Origin: Escherichia phage KK4
Sequence record: OR327750.1
Length of the DNA stretch: 64,000 nucleotides
Direction: 5' to 3' (one strand)
A program made the position numbers and the translations under genes. The notes below the pieces were generated by a model. That model was not told the origin of the DNA and did no database searches. It worked only from the letters and a program-made list of their open reading frames with translations. This document shows positions 36,035-53,460 of this stretch, in pieces; position 1 is the first letter of the stretch, and the number at the start of each line of letters is the position of its first letter.

Positions 36035-38017
36035 ATGGCAAATACCCCTGTAAATTATCAATTAACAAGAACAGCAAATGCTATTCCCGAGATATTCGTC
36101 GGGGGTACGTTTGCTGAAATAAAACAAAACCTCATTGAATGGCTTAATGGCCAAAATGAATTTTTGGATTATGATTTTGAAGGCTCAAGATTAAACGTTC
36201 TGTGTGACCTTTTGGCTTATAATACGCTGTACATTCAGCAGTTTGGTAATGCTGCTGTATATGAAAGCTTTATGCGTACTGCTAACTTACGAAGCTCAGT
36301 TGTTCAAGCTGCACAAGATAACGGATATTTACCTACTTCAAAATCCGCTGCGCAAACCGAAATTATGTTAACATGCACCGACGCATTGAATAGGAATTAC
36401 ATTACAATTCCTCGCGGAACTCGCTTTTTAGCATATGCAAAAGATACTTCTGTTAATCCATATAACTTCGTTTCTACCGAAGACGTTATTGCTATTCGTG
36501 ATAAAAATAACCAATATTTTCCACGTTTAAAATTGGCCCAGGGACGTATAGTAAGAACTGAAATCATTTATGATAAATTAACACCTATTATCATTTATGA
36601 TAAAAATATTGATAGAAACCAGGTTAAATTATATGTTGATGGAGCGGAATGGATTAACTGGACGAGAAAGTCAATGGTTCATGCTGGTTCAACATCAACG
36701 ATTTACTATATGCGTGAAACTATTGATGGAAACACTGAATTCTATTTTGGTGAAGGTGAAATTTCTGTTAATGCTTCTGAAGGAGCTTTGACTGCCAATT
36801 ATATCGGAGGTCTTAAACCTACTCAGAACTCTACGATTGTTATTGAGTACATCAGTACTAATGGTGCTGACGCGAACGGAGCAGTAGGATTTTCATACGC
36901 AGATACATTAACAAATATAACTGTCATCAATATTAATGAAAATCCAAACGGTGACCCAGATTTTGTTGGGGCAGATGGAGGCGGTGATCCAGAAGATATT
37001 GAGCGTATTCGCGAATTGGGTACTATTAAACGCGAAACACAGCAACGATGCGTAACTGCGACTGATTATGATACATTCGTTTCAGAGAGATTCGGTTCTA
37101 TTATTCAGGCAGTTCAGACTTTCACTGATTCTACTAAACCTGGGTATGCATTTATTGCTGCTAAACCTAAATCAGGTCTGTATTTAACTACCGTACAGCG
37201 TGAAGATATTAAAAATTATCTCAAAGACTATAATTTAGCTCCTATTACGCCATCAATTATTTCTCCTAATTATCTTTTTATTAAGACTAATTTAAAAGTC
37301 ACATATGCTTTAAATAAACTGCAAGAATCCGAACAGTGGCTTGAAGGTCAAATAATTGATAAAATTGATCGCTATTATACCGAAGATGTAGAAATTTTTA
37401 ACTCATCTTTCGCTAAATCTAAGATGTTAACTTATGTAGATGATGCAGATCATTCTGTCATCGGTTCATCAGCGACTATTCAAATGGTTCGTGAAGTACA
37501 AAACTTCTATAAAACACCTGAAGCAGGTATTAAATACAATAATCAAATAAAAGATCGTTCTATGGAATCTAATACGTTTTCATTTAATTCTGGACGAAAG
37601 GTTGTAAATCCTGATACTGGTTTAGAAGAAGATGTATTATATGACGTTCGTATAGTATCAACAGACCGAGATTCTAAAGGAATTGGTAAAGTTATTATTG
37701 GTCCATTTGCTTCTGGCGATGTTACAGAAAATGAAAACATTCAGCCGTATACAGGCAACGATTTTAACAAATTAGCAAATTCTGATGGACGCGACAAATA
37801 CTATGTTATCGGTGAAATAAATTATCCGGCTGACATGATTTATTGGAATATCGCTAAAATTAATTTAACATCTGAAAAATTTGAGGTTCAGACTATTGAA
37901 TTATATTCTGACCCAACCGATGATGTTATCTTTACCCGTGATGGTTCACTGATTGTATTTGAAAATGATTTACGTCCGCAATACTTAACTATCGATTTGG
38001 AGCCTATATCACAATGA
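36035..38017 (+). CDS. 6: baseplate wedge protein gp6
   Basis: 660 aa; position and size as T4. Confidence 0.9.
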   Translation: MANTPVNYQLTRTANAIPEIFVGGTFAEIKQNLIEWLNGQNEFLDYDFEGSRLNVLCDLLAYNTLYIQQFGNAAVYESFMRTANLRSSVVQAAQDNGYLPTSKSAAQTEIMLTCTDALNRNYITIPRGTRFLAYAKDTSVNPYNFVSTEDVIAIRDKNNQYFPRLKLAQGRIVRTEIIYDKLTPIIIYDKNIDRNQVKLYVDGAEWINWTRKSMVHAGSTSTIYYMRETIDGNTEFYFGEGEISVNASEGALTANYIGGLKPTQNSTIVIEYISTNGADANGAVGFSYADTLTNITVININENPNGDPDFVGADGGGDPEDIERIRELGTIKRETQQRCVTATDYDTFVSERFGSIIQAVQTFTDSTKPGYAFIAAKPKSGLYLTTVQREDIKNYLKDYNLAPITPSIISPNYLFIKTNLKVTYALNKLQESEQWLEGQIIDKIDRYYTEDVEIFNSSFAKSKMLTYVDDADHSVIGSSATIQMVREVQNFYKTPEAGIKYNNQIKDRSMESNTFSFNSGRKVVNPDTGLEEDVLYDVRIVSTDRDSKGIGKVIIGPFASGDVTENENIQPYTGNDFNKLANSDGRDKYYVIGEINYPADMIYWNIAKINLTSEKFEVQTIELYSDPTDDVIFTRDGSLIVFENDLRPQYLTIDLEPISQ

Positions 38018-41000
38018 CAGTAAAAGCACCTTCAGTCACTAGTCTCAGAATTTCCAAGTTATCCGCAAATCAGGTGCAAGTACGCTGGGATGACGTTGGT
38101 GCTAATTTCTACTATTTTGTAGAAATCGCTGAGACAAAAACGGACTCGGGGGAAAATCTCCCGAGCGATCAATATCGTTGGATTAATTTAGGATATACTG
38201 CAAATAACAGCTTCTTTTTTGATGATGCTGATCCATTAACAACGTACATTATTAGAGTAGCCACAGCTGCGCAAGATTTTGAGCAGTCTGATTGGATTTA
38301 TACTGAAGAGTTTGAAACTTTTGCTACGAATGCTTACACATTTCAAAACATGATTGAAATGCAATTAGCCAATAAATTCATTCAGGAAAAATTTACTCTT
38401 AACAATTCTAATTATGTCAATTTTAATAATGACACTATAATGGCTGCATTGATGAATGAATCGTTTCAATTCAGCCCATCATATGCTGATGTTTCTTCAA
38501 TTAGTAATTTTATTATTGGTGAAAATGAATACCATGAAATACAGGGTTCTATTCAACAAGTATGTAAGGATATTAATCGAGTTTATTTGATGGAATCAGA
38601 AGGGATTCTGCATCTTTTTGAGCGCTATCAACCCGTAGTTAAAGTATCTAATGATAAAGGACAAACCTGGAAAGCTGTAAAGCTCTTCAATGACCGTGTA
38701 GGATATCCTTTATCTAAGACAGTATATTACCAATCTGCAAACACAACATACGTTCTAGGATACGACAAGATTTTCTACGGCCGTAAATCTACTGATGTTA
38801 GATGGTCAGCTGATGATGTCAGATTTAGTTCGCAGGATATAACATTCGCTAAACTTGGCGACCAATTACATCTAGGATTTGATGTAGAAATTTTTGCCAC
38901 TTACGCGACTTTACCAGCGAATGTATACCGCATTGCAGAAGCTATTACTTGCACCGATGATTACATTTACGTTGTCGCAAGAGACAAAGTTAGATACATA
39001 AAAACGAGTAATGCACCTATAGATTCTGATCCATTATCTCCGACATATTCGGAAAGACTTTTTGAACCTGATACAATGACTATAACTGGAAATCCTAAAG
39101 CAGTATGCTATAAAATGGATTCTATCGGTGATAAAGTTTTTGCTCTTATTATTGGCGAAGTTGAAACATTAAATGCCAATCCAAGAACATCAAAAATAAT
39201 TGATTCTGTTGATAAAGGAATATATGTTTTAAATCATGACGAAAAAACATGGAAAAGAGTTTTCGGTAATACCGAAGAAGAAAGAAGACGTATTCAACCC
39301 GGATATGCGAATATGTCAACTGACGGTAAATTAGTTTCTCTATCTTCGAGTAATTTTAAATTTTTAAGTGATAACATTGTTAATGACCCTGAAACTGTGG
39401 TGAAATATCAGTTAATCGGTGCTGTTAAATATGAATTTCCCCGTGAATGGTTAGCTGATAAGCATTATCATATGATGGCATTTATAGCGGATGAAAAATC
39501 TGATTGGGAGACTTTTACTCCTCAACCAATGAAATACTACGCAGAACCGTTCTTTAACTGGTCTAAAAAATCTAACACACGCTGTTGGATAAACAACTCT
39601 AATAGAGCTGTAGTAGTTTATGCTGATTTAAAATACACTAAAGTTATAGAAAATATTCCGGAAACATCACCAGATAGATTAGTTCATGAATACTGGGATG
39701 ATGGTGATTGCACTATAGTAATGCCAAATGTTAAATTCACCGGATTTAAAAAATATGCATCTGGGATGCTTTTCTATAAAGCCTCCGGTGAAATAATTTC
39801 TTACTATGATTTTAACTATCGTGTGAGAGATACAGTAGAAATTATTTGGAAGCCGACTGGAGTATTTTTAAAAGCATTTTTACAAAACCAAGAGCATGAT
39901 ACTCCTTGGTCACCAGAAGAAGAGCATGGATTAGCTGATCCTGATTTAAGACCATTAATTGGCACAATGATGCCTGATTCTTATTTGTTACAGGATTCGA
40001 ATTTTGAGGCATTTTGCGAAGCATATATTCAGTATCTTTCTGATGGATATGGAACTCAGTATAACAATTTACGAAATTTAATTCGTAATCAGTATCCACG
40101 AGAAGAGCATGCATGGGAATATTTGTGGTCAGAGATATATAAAAGAAACATTTATTTGAACGCGGATAAGCGAGATGCTGTAGCAAGATTTTTTGAATCA
40201 CGTAGTTATGATTTTTATTCTACTAAAGGAATTGAAGCATCATACAAATTTCTTTTTAAAGTTCTTTATAATGAAGAAGTTGAAATTGAAATTGAATCTG
40301 GAGCTGGTACTGAATATGATATAATCGTTCAATCTGATTCTTTGACTGAAGATTTAGTAGGACAAACGATTTATACGGCAACAGGAAGATGTAATGTTAC
40401 TTATATAGAAAGAAGCTATTCTAATGGTAAATTGCAATGGACCGTAACTATTCATAATCTTTTGGGACGATTAATTGCTGGTCAAGAAGTTAAAGCAGAA
40501 AGACTCCCTAGTTTTGAAGGCGAAATTATTCGTGGAGTTAAAGGAAAGGATTTGCTTCAAAACAATATAGACTATATTAATAGAAGTAGATCATACTATG
40601 TAATGAAAATTAAATCCAATTTACCTTCTTCCCGCTGGAAATCTGACGTTATTCGTTTTGTTCATCCAGTAGGATTTGGATTTATAGCAATTACTCTTTT
40701 AGCAATGTTTATTAATGTCGGTTTAACTCTTAAACACACAGAGACTATAATTAATAAATACAAAAACTATAAATGGGATTCTGGATTGCCTACTGAATAT
40801 GCTGATAGAGTAGCTAAATTGACTCCAACTGGTGAAATTGAGCATGATTCAGTAACAGGCGAAGCAATTTATGAGCCTGGCCCAATGGCTGGTGTAGAAT
40901 ATCCTCTTCCTGATGACTATAATGCTGAAAATAATAATTCAATATTTCAAGGTCAATTGCCGTCTGAACGACGTAAATTAATGAGTCCTTTATTTGATGC

Positions 41001-41112
41001 ATCTGGAACAACATTTGCGCAATTTAGAGATTTAGTTAATAAACGTCTAAAAGACAATATAGGAAATCCAAGAGACCCTGAAAATCCAACACAGGTTAAA
41101 ATAGATGAATGA
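38014..41112 (+). CDS. 7: baseplate wedge initiator gp7
   Basis: 1032 aa; position and size as T4. Confidence 0.9.
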   Translation: MTVKAPSVTSLRISKLSANQVQVRWDDVGANFYYFVEIAETKTDSGENLPSDQYRWINLGYTANNSFFFDDADPLTTYIIRVATAAQDFEQSDWIYTEEFETFATNAYTFQNMIEMQLANKFIQEKFTLNNSNYVNFNNDTIMAALMNESFQFSPSYADVSSISNFIIGENEYHEIQGSIQQVCKDINRVYLMESEGILHLFERYQPVVKVSNDKGQTWKAVKLFNDRVGYPLSKTVYYQSANTTYVLGYDKIFYGRKSTDVRWSADDVRFSSQDITFAKLGDQLHLGFDVEIFATYATLPANVYRIAEAITCTDDYIYVVARDKVRYIKTSNAPIDSDPLSPTYSERLFEPDTMTITGNPKAVCYKMDSIGDKVFALIIGEVETLNANPRTSKIIDSVDKGIYVLNHDEKTWKRVFGNTEEERRRIQPGYANMSTDGKLVSLSSSNFKFLSDNIVNDPETVVKYQLIGAVKYEFPREWLADKHYHMMAFIADEKSDWETFTPQPMKYYAEPFFNWSKKSNTRCWINNSNRAVVVYADLKYTKVIENIPETSPDRLVHEYWDDGDCTIVMPNVKFTGFKKYASGMLFYKASGEIISYYDFNYRVRDTVEIIWKPTGVFLKAFLQNQEHDTPWSPEEEHGLADPDLRPLIGTMMPDSYLLQDSNFEAFCEAYIQYLSDGYGTQYNNLRNLIRNQYPREEHAWEYLWSEIYKRNIYLNADKRDAVARFFESRSYDFYSTKGIEASYKFLFKVLYNEEVEIEIESGAGTEYDIIVQSDSLTEDLVGQTIYTATGRCNVTYIERSYSNGKLQWTVTIHNLLGRLIAGQEVKAERLPSFEGEIIRGVKGKDLLQNNIDYINRSRSYYVMKIKSNLPSSRWKSDVIRFVHPVGFGFIAITLLAMFINVGLTLKHTETIINKYKNYKWDSGLPTEYADRVAKLTPTGEIEHDSVTGEAIYEPGPMAGVEYPLPDDYNAENNNSIFQGQLPSERRKLMSPLFDASGTTFAQFRDLVNKRLKDNIGNPRDPENPTQVKIDE

Positions 41113-42109
41113 TTCAAGTGTTATCTATCGTGCGATAGTTACTTCAAAATTTAGAACAGAAAAAATGTTGAATTTTTATAATTCAATTGGAAGTGGTCCG
41201 GATAAAAACACTATCTTTATCACATTTGGAAGATCAGAACCGTGGTCATCAAATGAAAATGAGGTGGGCTTTGCCCCACCTTATCCAACCGATTCTGTAT
41301 TAGGAGTAACTGACATGTGGACGCATATGATGGGAACAGTAAAAGTTCTTCCATCAATGCTTGATGCAGTTATTCCTCGTCGAGATTGGGGAGATACTAG
41401 ATATCCGGATCCGTATACATTTAGAATTAACGATATTGTAGTGTGTAACTCAGCTCCTTACAACGCTACTGAATCAGGCGCAGGCTGGTTAGTATATCGT
41501 TGTTTAGATGTTCCTGATACCGGAATGTGTTCAATCGCATCTTTAACTGATAAGGATGAATGCCTTAAATTAGGCGGAAAATGGACACCTTCTGTTAGGT
41601 CAATGACTCCTCCTGAAGGTCGAGGAGATGCTGAAGGAACAATTGAACCTGGGGACGGGTATGTATGGGAATATCTATTTGAGATTCCACCCGATGTATC
41701 TATAAATAGATGCACGAATGAATATATCGTGGTTCCTTGGCCTGAGGAATTAAAAGAAGACCCGACTAGATGGGGATATGAAGATAATCTCACTTGGCAG
41801 CAAGATGATTTTGGATTAATTTACCGGGTTAAGGCAAATACTATCCGTTTTAAAGCATATTTAGATTCAGTTTACTTTCCTGATGCTGCATTGCCAGGAA
41901 ATAAAGGATTTAGACAAATATCAATAATCACGAATCCTCTTGAAGCTAAAGCTCATCCAAATGACCCAAACGTTAAAGCTGAAAAGGATTATTATGATCC
42001 AGAAGATTTAATGAGGCATTCGGGCGAAATGATTTATATGGAAAATAGGCCACCTATTATCATGGCAATGGATCAAACAGAAGAAATCAATATTCTGTTT
42101 ACATTTTAA
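41105..42109 (+). CDS. 8: baseplate wedge protein gp8
   Basis: 334 aa; followed by terminator. Confidence 0.9.
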   Translation: MNDSSVIYRAIVTSKFRTEKMLNFYNSIGSGPDKNTIFITFGRSEPWSSNENEVGFAPPYPTDSVLGVTDMWTHMMGTVKVLPSMLDAVIPRRDWGDTRYPDPYTFRINDIVVCNSAPYNATESGAGWLVYRCLDVPDTGMCSIASLTDKDECLKLGGKWTPSVRSMTPPEGRGDAEGTIEPGDGYVWEYLFEIPPDVSINRCTNEYIVVPWPEELKEDPTRWGYEDNLTWQQDDFGLIYRVKANTIRFKAYLDSVYFPDAALPGNKGFRQISIITNPLEAKAHPNDPNVKAEKDYYDPEDLMRHSGEMIYMENRPPIIMAMDQTEEINILFTF

Positions 42110-42114
42110 ATTAA

Positions 42115-42140
42115 GGGAGCCCATGGGCTCCCTTTTTCTT
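42115..42140 (+). terminator. rho-independent terminator after gene 8
   Basis: Hairpin GGGAGCCC/GGGCTCCC then TTTTTCTT. Confidence 0.7.
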
Positions 42141-42148
42141 TATAAATA
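42141..42148 (+). promoter_or_regulatory. late promoter of gene 9
   Basis: TATAAATA ~25 nt upstream of ATG, just after terminator. Confidence 0.6.
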
Positions 42149-42172
42149 CTATAAACTCATAAGGAAACCGCT

Positions 42173-43039
42173 ATGTTCATTCAAGAACCAAAGAAATTGA
42201 TTGATACCGGCGAAATTGGTAACGCTTCTACTGGTGATATCTTATTCGACGGTGGTAATAAAATTAATAGTGATTTTAACGCAATTTATAATGCGTTTGG
42301 CGATCAGCGTAAAATGGCAGTAGCAAATGGCACTGGAGCAGATGGTCAAATTATCCATGCTACTGGGTATTATCAAAAACACTCTATTACAGAGTACGCA
42401 ACTCCAGTGAAAGTTGGCACTAGACATGATATTGATACCTCTACTGTAGGTGTTAAAGTTATTATTGAAAGAGGCGAACTCGGCGATTGTGTTGAATTCA
42501 TTAACTCTAATGGATCAATATCAGTTACTAATCCTTTAACAATTCAAGCTATTGATTCAATTAAAGGTGTTTCAGGTAATTTAGTAGTAACTAGCCCATA
42601 TAGTAAAGTTACTTTACGCTGTATTTCATCTGATAATTCTACGTCGGTTTGGAATTATTCTATTGAAAGTATGTTTGGACAAAAGGAATCACCAGCTGAA
42701 GGCACATGGAATATTTCTACATCCGGATCAGTTGATATTCCACTATTTCATCGCACTGAATACAATATGGCTAAATTGTTAGTTACGTGCCAATCGGTAG
42801 ATGGAAGAAAAATTAAAACGGCAGAAATAAATATTCTTGTGGATATTGTTAATTCAGAGGTCATTTCTTCTGAATATGCTGTCATGCGAGTTGGGAATGA
42901 AACCGAAGAAGACGAAATCGCTAATATTGCATTCAGTATTAAAGAAAATTATGTAACGGCGACTATAAGTTCTTCAACTGTCGGTATGAGAGCAGCAGTT
43001 AAAGTTATCGCTACGCAGAAAATCGAGGTGGCTCAATAA
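42173..43039 (+). CDS. 9: baseplate wedge / long-tail-fiber socket protein gp9
   Basis: 288 aa; late promoter upstream. Confidence 0.9.
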   Translation: MFIQEPKKLIDTGEIGNASTGDILFDGGNKINSDFNAIYNAFGDQRKMAVANGTGADGQIIHATGYYQKHSITEYATPVKVGTRHDIDTSTVGVKVIIERGELGDCVEFINSNGSISVTNPLTIQAIDSIKGVSGNLVVTSPYSKVTLRCISSDNSTSVWNYSIESMFGQKESPAEGTWNISTSGSVDIPLFHRTEYNMAKLLVTCQSVDGRKIKTAEINILVDIVNSEVISSEYAVMRVGNETEEDEIANIAFSIKENYVTATISSSTVGMRAAVKVIATQKIEVAQ

Positions 43040-44844
43040 TGAAACAAAATATTAATATCGGTAATGTTGTAGATGATGGTACCGGTGACTACCTGCGTAA
43101 AGGTGGTATAAAAATAAATGAAAACTTTGATGAGCTTTATTACGAGCTTGGTGACGGTGATGTTCCATATTCAGCTGGTGCCTGGAAAACTTATAATGCT
43201 TCATCAGGACAAACACTAACAGCAGAATGGGGAAAATCATATGCCATTAACACTTCATCTGGAAGAGTAACTCTACAACTTCCTAAAGGAACCGTTAATG
43301 ATTATAATAAAGTAATTAAAGCTAGGGATGTATTTGCAACATGGAATGTTAATCCAGTTACTCTAGTAGCCGCTTCTGGTGATACTATTAAAGGATCATC
43401 GTCATCAGTTGAAATTAATGTTCAATTTAGCGATTTAGAATTAGTTTATTGTGCTCCAGGACGTTGGGAATATGTCAAAAACAAACAAATTGACAAAATT
43501 GTTAGTTCAGATATTAGTAATGTAGCTCGCAAAGAATTTTTAGTTGAAGTTCAAGGACAAACTGACTTTTTAGATGTTTTCAATGGAACTAGTTATAATG
43601 TTAATAACATAAGAGTGAAGCATCGTGGTAACGAATTATATTACGGTGATGTATTTAGTGAAAATAGCGACTTTGGCTCTCCAGGGGAAAATGAAGGAGA
43701 ACTAATTCCTCTCGATGGATTTAATATTCGATTAAGACAGCCTTGTAATATTGGTGACACTGTTCAAATTGAAACATTCATGGATGGTGTATCACAATGG
43801 AGAAGTTCATATACAAGACGCCAAATAAAAGTATTAGATTCAAAATTAACGTCAAAAACTTCTTTAGAAGGAAGTATTTACGTTACTGATTTATCAACAA
43901 TGAAATCAATTCCATTCTCTGCATTTGGATTAATTCCCGGAGAACCTATTAATCCTAATTCTCTTGAAGTTCGTTTTAATGGAATTTTACAACAACAAGC
44001 TGGAACAGCCGGATATCCTCTGTTTTTGTGTGAAGGTGCTAATTCAGATACGCAAGCAGGATGTATATCTCTTGGTGGTGAATGGAAAGAATCGAACACA
44101 GATTATTCTATAGAATATGAAGATGGAAAACCTGTCAGTCTTTTATTTGATAGAAAATTTGAATCAGGAGATATAATCGTTATAACATGGTTCAATAATG
44201 ATTTAGGAACTCTTTTAGAAAAAGATGACATTATTGAATTAACTGATGACCGTTATGTTAGTAAAGGATCATCTACTGAAGTTACTGGTGATGTAGCCTT
44301 AACAGATTTTGATAAAATCGGTTGGCCAAATGTTGAAAAAGTTGATTCTTATACTAGAACGTATAATTCAATATCATCTATTTTCGACAGCATTTATCCT
44401 GTTGGTTCAATTTATGAAAATGCTATAAACCCAAATAATCCGGTGACTTATATGGGATTTGGTTCATGGAAATTATTTGGTAAAGGGCAGGTTTTAGTAG
44501 GATGGAATGATGATGTTACGGATCCAAACTTTGCTTTAAACAATAATGATTTAGATTCTAGCGGAAATCCTTCACATACTGCCGGTGGAACAGTTGGTAC
44601 AACATCAGTAACGCTTGAAAACGCAAATCTTCCTGCGACTAAAACTGATGAAAGAGTTTTAATTGAAGACGAAAATGGATCGGTTATTATTGGAGGTTGC
44701 CAATATGACCCAGACGAAACTGGTCCTATATATACAAAATATCGTGAAGACTACGCAACAACAAACTCTTCACATACTCCTCCTGCTAATATTAGTAATA
44801 TTCAACCGTCTATTACTGTATACCGTTGGATAAGGATTGCATAA
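43039..44844 (+). CDS. 10: baseplate wedge / short-tail-fiber attachment protein gp10
   Basis: 601 aa. Confidence 0.9.
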   Translation: MKQNINIGNVVDDGTGDYLRKGGIKINENFDELYYELGDGDVPYSAGAWKTYNASSGQTLTAEWGKSYAINTSSGRVTLQLPKGTVNDYNKVIKARDVFATWNVNPVTLVAASGDTIKGSSSSVEINVQFSDLELVYCAPGRWEYVKNKQIDKIVSSDISNVARKEFLVEVQGQTDFLDVFNGTSYNVNNIRVKHRGNELYYGDVFSENSDFGSPGENEGELIPLDGFNIRLRQPCNIGDTVQIETFMDGVSQWRSSYTRRQIKVLDSKLTSKTSLEGSIYVTDLSTMKSIPFSAFGLIPGEPINPNSLEVRFNGILQQQAGTAGYPLFLCEGANSDTQAGCISLGGEWKESNTDYSIEYEDGKPVSLLFDRKFESGDIIVITWFNNDLGTLLEKDDIIELTDDRYVSKGSSTEVTGDVALTDFDKIGWPNVEKVDSYTRTYNSISSIFDSIYPVGSIYENAINPNNPVTYMGFGSWKLFGKGQVLVGWNDDVTDPNFALNNNDLDSSGNPSHTAGGTVGTTSVTLENANLPATKTDERVLIEDENGSVIIGGCQYDPDETGPIYTKYREDYATTNSSHTPPANISNIQPSITVYRWIRIA

Positions 44845-45503
44845 TGAGTTTACTTAATAATAAAGCGGGAGTTATTTCCCGCTTAGCAGATTTTCTTGGT
44901 TTTAGAACTAAGAAAAATGATATTTCGGTTATGAATAATCAGCCGGTAGGCGCTGTAACAATTTCACAAATAGCAAAAGGTTTTTATGACTCAAATGTAG
45001 AATCTGCTATCAATGATGTTAGAAATATGGCAGAGCAACAGGTTGGAGCTGTATTAATTAATATAAGCGGCGTATCTCCTACTGGCGTGCAGCAAACAGA
45101 CTATTGGTCATTTGAAGGAACTGTTACTGATACTTCAGCCAAACCAGGTGACCCAGTTATTGTTAACATGTTTGGTATTCCAGTTAAAGCTACTAATGGA
45201 ATGACTTCAATTGAATTTACTAGTGCTGTTAGAACAGCTCTACAGGAAATGGTTGTAAAATTTATTGCAATTGATTCATTTGAAGACCATCCTACAATAG
45301 GAAATAAAATACAAGTTAAGTATTTAGATAACCAAGAACATATCTTAGAACAATACTCTGATAAAGGAATTACTTTCAAACAGGAAATAATTTCTCCTTC
45401 TAAACCTGGATACGGAACTTGGCAATTATTAGGTGCGCAAACTGTCACGCTAGATAGTCACACACAACCTACAGTATTTTATTATTTTGAGAGAATAGCA
45501 TGA
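44844..45503 (+). CDS. 11: baseplate wedge protein gp11
   Basis: 219 aa from ATG overlapping gp10 stop (ATAATG). Confidence 0.85.
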   Translation: MSLLNNKAGVISRLADFLGFRTKKNDISVMNNQPVGAVTISQIAKGFYDSNVESAINDVRNMAEQQVGAVLINISGVSPTGVQQTDYWSFEGTVTDTSAKPGDPVIVNMFGIPVKATNGMTSIEFTSAVRTALQEMVVKFIAIDSFEDHPTIGNKIQVKYLDNQEHILEQYSDKGITFKQEIISPSKPGYGTWQLLGAQTVTLDSHTQPTVFYYFERIA

Positions 45504-47050
45504 GTAACAATACATATCAGCACGTATCAAATGAATCAAAATATGTTAAATTCGATCCAGTAGGATCGAATTTTCCTGACACTGTCACGACAGTGCAGTC
45601 TGCATTATCAAAAATAAGTAATATCGGCGTAAATGGTATTCCTGATGCAACTATGGAAGTTAAAGGAATAGCAATGATCGCGTCAGAGCAAGAGGTTTTA
45701 GATGGAACAAATAATTCTAAAATCGTTACACCAGCTACATTAGCAACAAGATTATTGTATCCAAACGCTACTGAAACTAAATATGGTTTAACGCGTTATT
45801 CAACAAATGAAGAAACATTACAAGGCTCAGATAATAATTCATCAATAACGCCGCAAAAACTGAAATACCACACTGACGATGTGTTCCAAAATAGATATTC
45901 GTCTGAGTCATCAAACGGGGTTATTAAAATATCATCTACACCTGCAGCTTTAGCTGGAGTTGATGATACTACGGCAATGACTCCATTAAAAACACAAAAA
46001 CTTGCAATAAAATTAATTTCACAAATAGCTCCTTCCGAAGATACTGCATCAGAATCTGTGAGAGGTGTAGTTCAATTATCTACTGTTGCGCAAACTCGTC
46101 AAGGAACTCTCCGCGAAGGATATGCAATTTCTCCGTATACCTTTATGAATTCTGTTGCAACACAAGAATATAAGGGTGTTATACGTTTAGGAACACAATC
46201 GGAAATTAACAGTAATTTAGGAGATGTTGCAGTAACAGGTGAAACACTAAATGGTCGAGGAGCTACTGGTTCTATGCGCGGAGTAGTTAAATTAACGACG
46301 CAAGCCGGTATTGCCCCTGAAGGTGATAGTTCTGGAGCATTAGCATGGAACGCAGATGTAATTAATACTCGTGGTGGACAAACTATTAATGGTTCTTTAA
46401 ATTTAGACCATCTTACAGCAAACGGAATTTGGTCGCGCGGCGGAATGTGGAAAAATGGCGATCAACCTGTTGCCACTGAAAGATACGCGTCCGAAAGAAT
46501 TCCAGTTGGGACTATTATGATGTTTGCAGGTGATTCAGCACCTCCTGGTTGGCTTATGTGCCATGGTGGAACCGTGTCAGGTGACCAATTTCCTGATTAT
46601 AGAAACGTAGTTGGAGGAAGATTTGGTGGGGATTGGAATAATCCAGGGATTCCTGATATGCGAGGTCTTTTCGTCAGAGGAGCCGGCACAGGCGGTCATA
46701 TTTTAAATCAACGTGGACAAGATGGCTATGGAAAGGATAGACTGGGCGTAGGATGTGACGGAATGCATGTTGGTGGTGTTCAGACACAACAAATGTCATA
46801 CCATAAACACGCTGGTGGTTGGGGAGAATACCAAAGACATGAAGCTCCATTTGGCGCGTCCGTTTATCAAGGATATCTTGGAACTAGAAAATATTCCGAC
46901 TGGGATAATGCTTCATACTTCACTAATGATGGATTTGAATTAGGTGGACCGAGAGATGCTCTCGGTACACTTAATCGTGAAGGATTAATTGGTTATGAAA
47001 CTAGACCATGGAATATATCATTAAACTATATTATTAAAGTTCATTACTAA
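45500..47050 (+). CDS. 12: short tail fiber protein gp12
   Basis: 516 aa; Gly-rich C-terminal receptor-binding region. Confidence 0.9.
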   Translation: MSNNTYQHVSNESKYVKFDPVGSNFPDTVTTVQSALSKISNIGVNGIPDATMEVKGIAMIASEQEVLDGTNNSKIVTPATLATRLLYPNATETKYGLTRYSTNEETLQGSDNNSSITPQKLKYHTDDVFQNRYSSESSNGVIKISSTPAALAGVDDTTAMTPLKTQKLAIKLISQIAPSEDTASESVRGVVQLSTVAQTRQGTLREGYAISPYTFMNSVATQEYKGVIRLGTQSEINSNLGDVAVTGETLNGRGATGSMRGVVKLTTQAGIAPEGDSSGALAWNADVINTRGGQTINGSLNLDHLTANGIWSRGGMWKNGDQPVATERYASERIPVGTIMMFAGDSAPPGWLMCHGGTVSGDQFPDYRNVVGGRFGGDWNNPGIPDMRGLFVRGAGTGGHILNQRGQDGYGKDRLGVGCDGMHVGGVQTQQMSYHKHAGGWGEYQRHEAPFGASVYQGYLGTRKYSDWDNASYFTNDGFELGGPRDALGTLNREGLIGYETRPWNISLNYIIKVHY

Positions 47051-48517
<1,467 letters not shown>

Positions 48518-48520
48518 CAT

Positions 48521-48536
48521 GGGGCCGCAAGGCCCC
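48521..48536 (+). terminator. GC-rich stem-loop after wac (weak terminator)
   Basis: GGGGCC-gcaa-GGCCCC; no strong U-run. Confidence 0.35.
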
Positions 48537-48548
48537 AAAGGATTTTAA

Positions 48549-50250
<1,702 letters not shown>

Positions 50251-50291
50251 TAAATATTATAAACTAATTAAAGCCCAGATTAGGAGAAATC

Positions 50292-53432
<3,141 letters not shown>

Positions 53433-53460
53433 TATTAAAGCATATTAAAGAGGATTAAAA

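Noticed and set aside
39842-40201. Minus-strand 119-aa ORF inside gene 7
   Set aside because: Antisense within a long, well-supported structural gene; no promoter or Shine-Dalgarno
50251-50291. Late promoter upstream of gene 15
   Set aside because: Sequence is TATTATAAA, not an exact TATAAATA; not called
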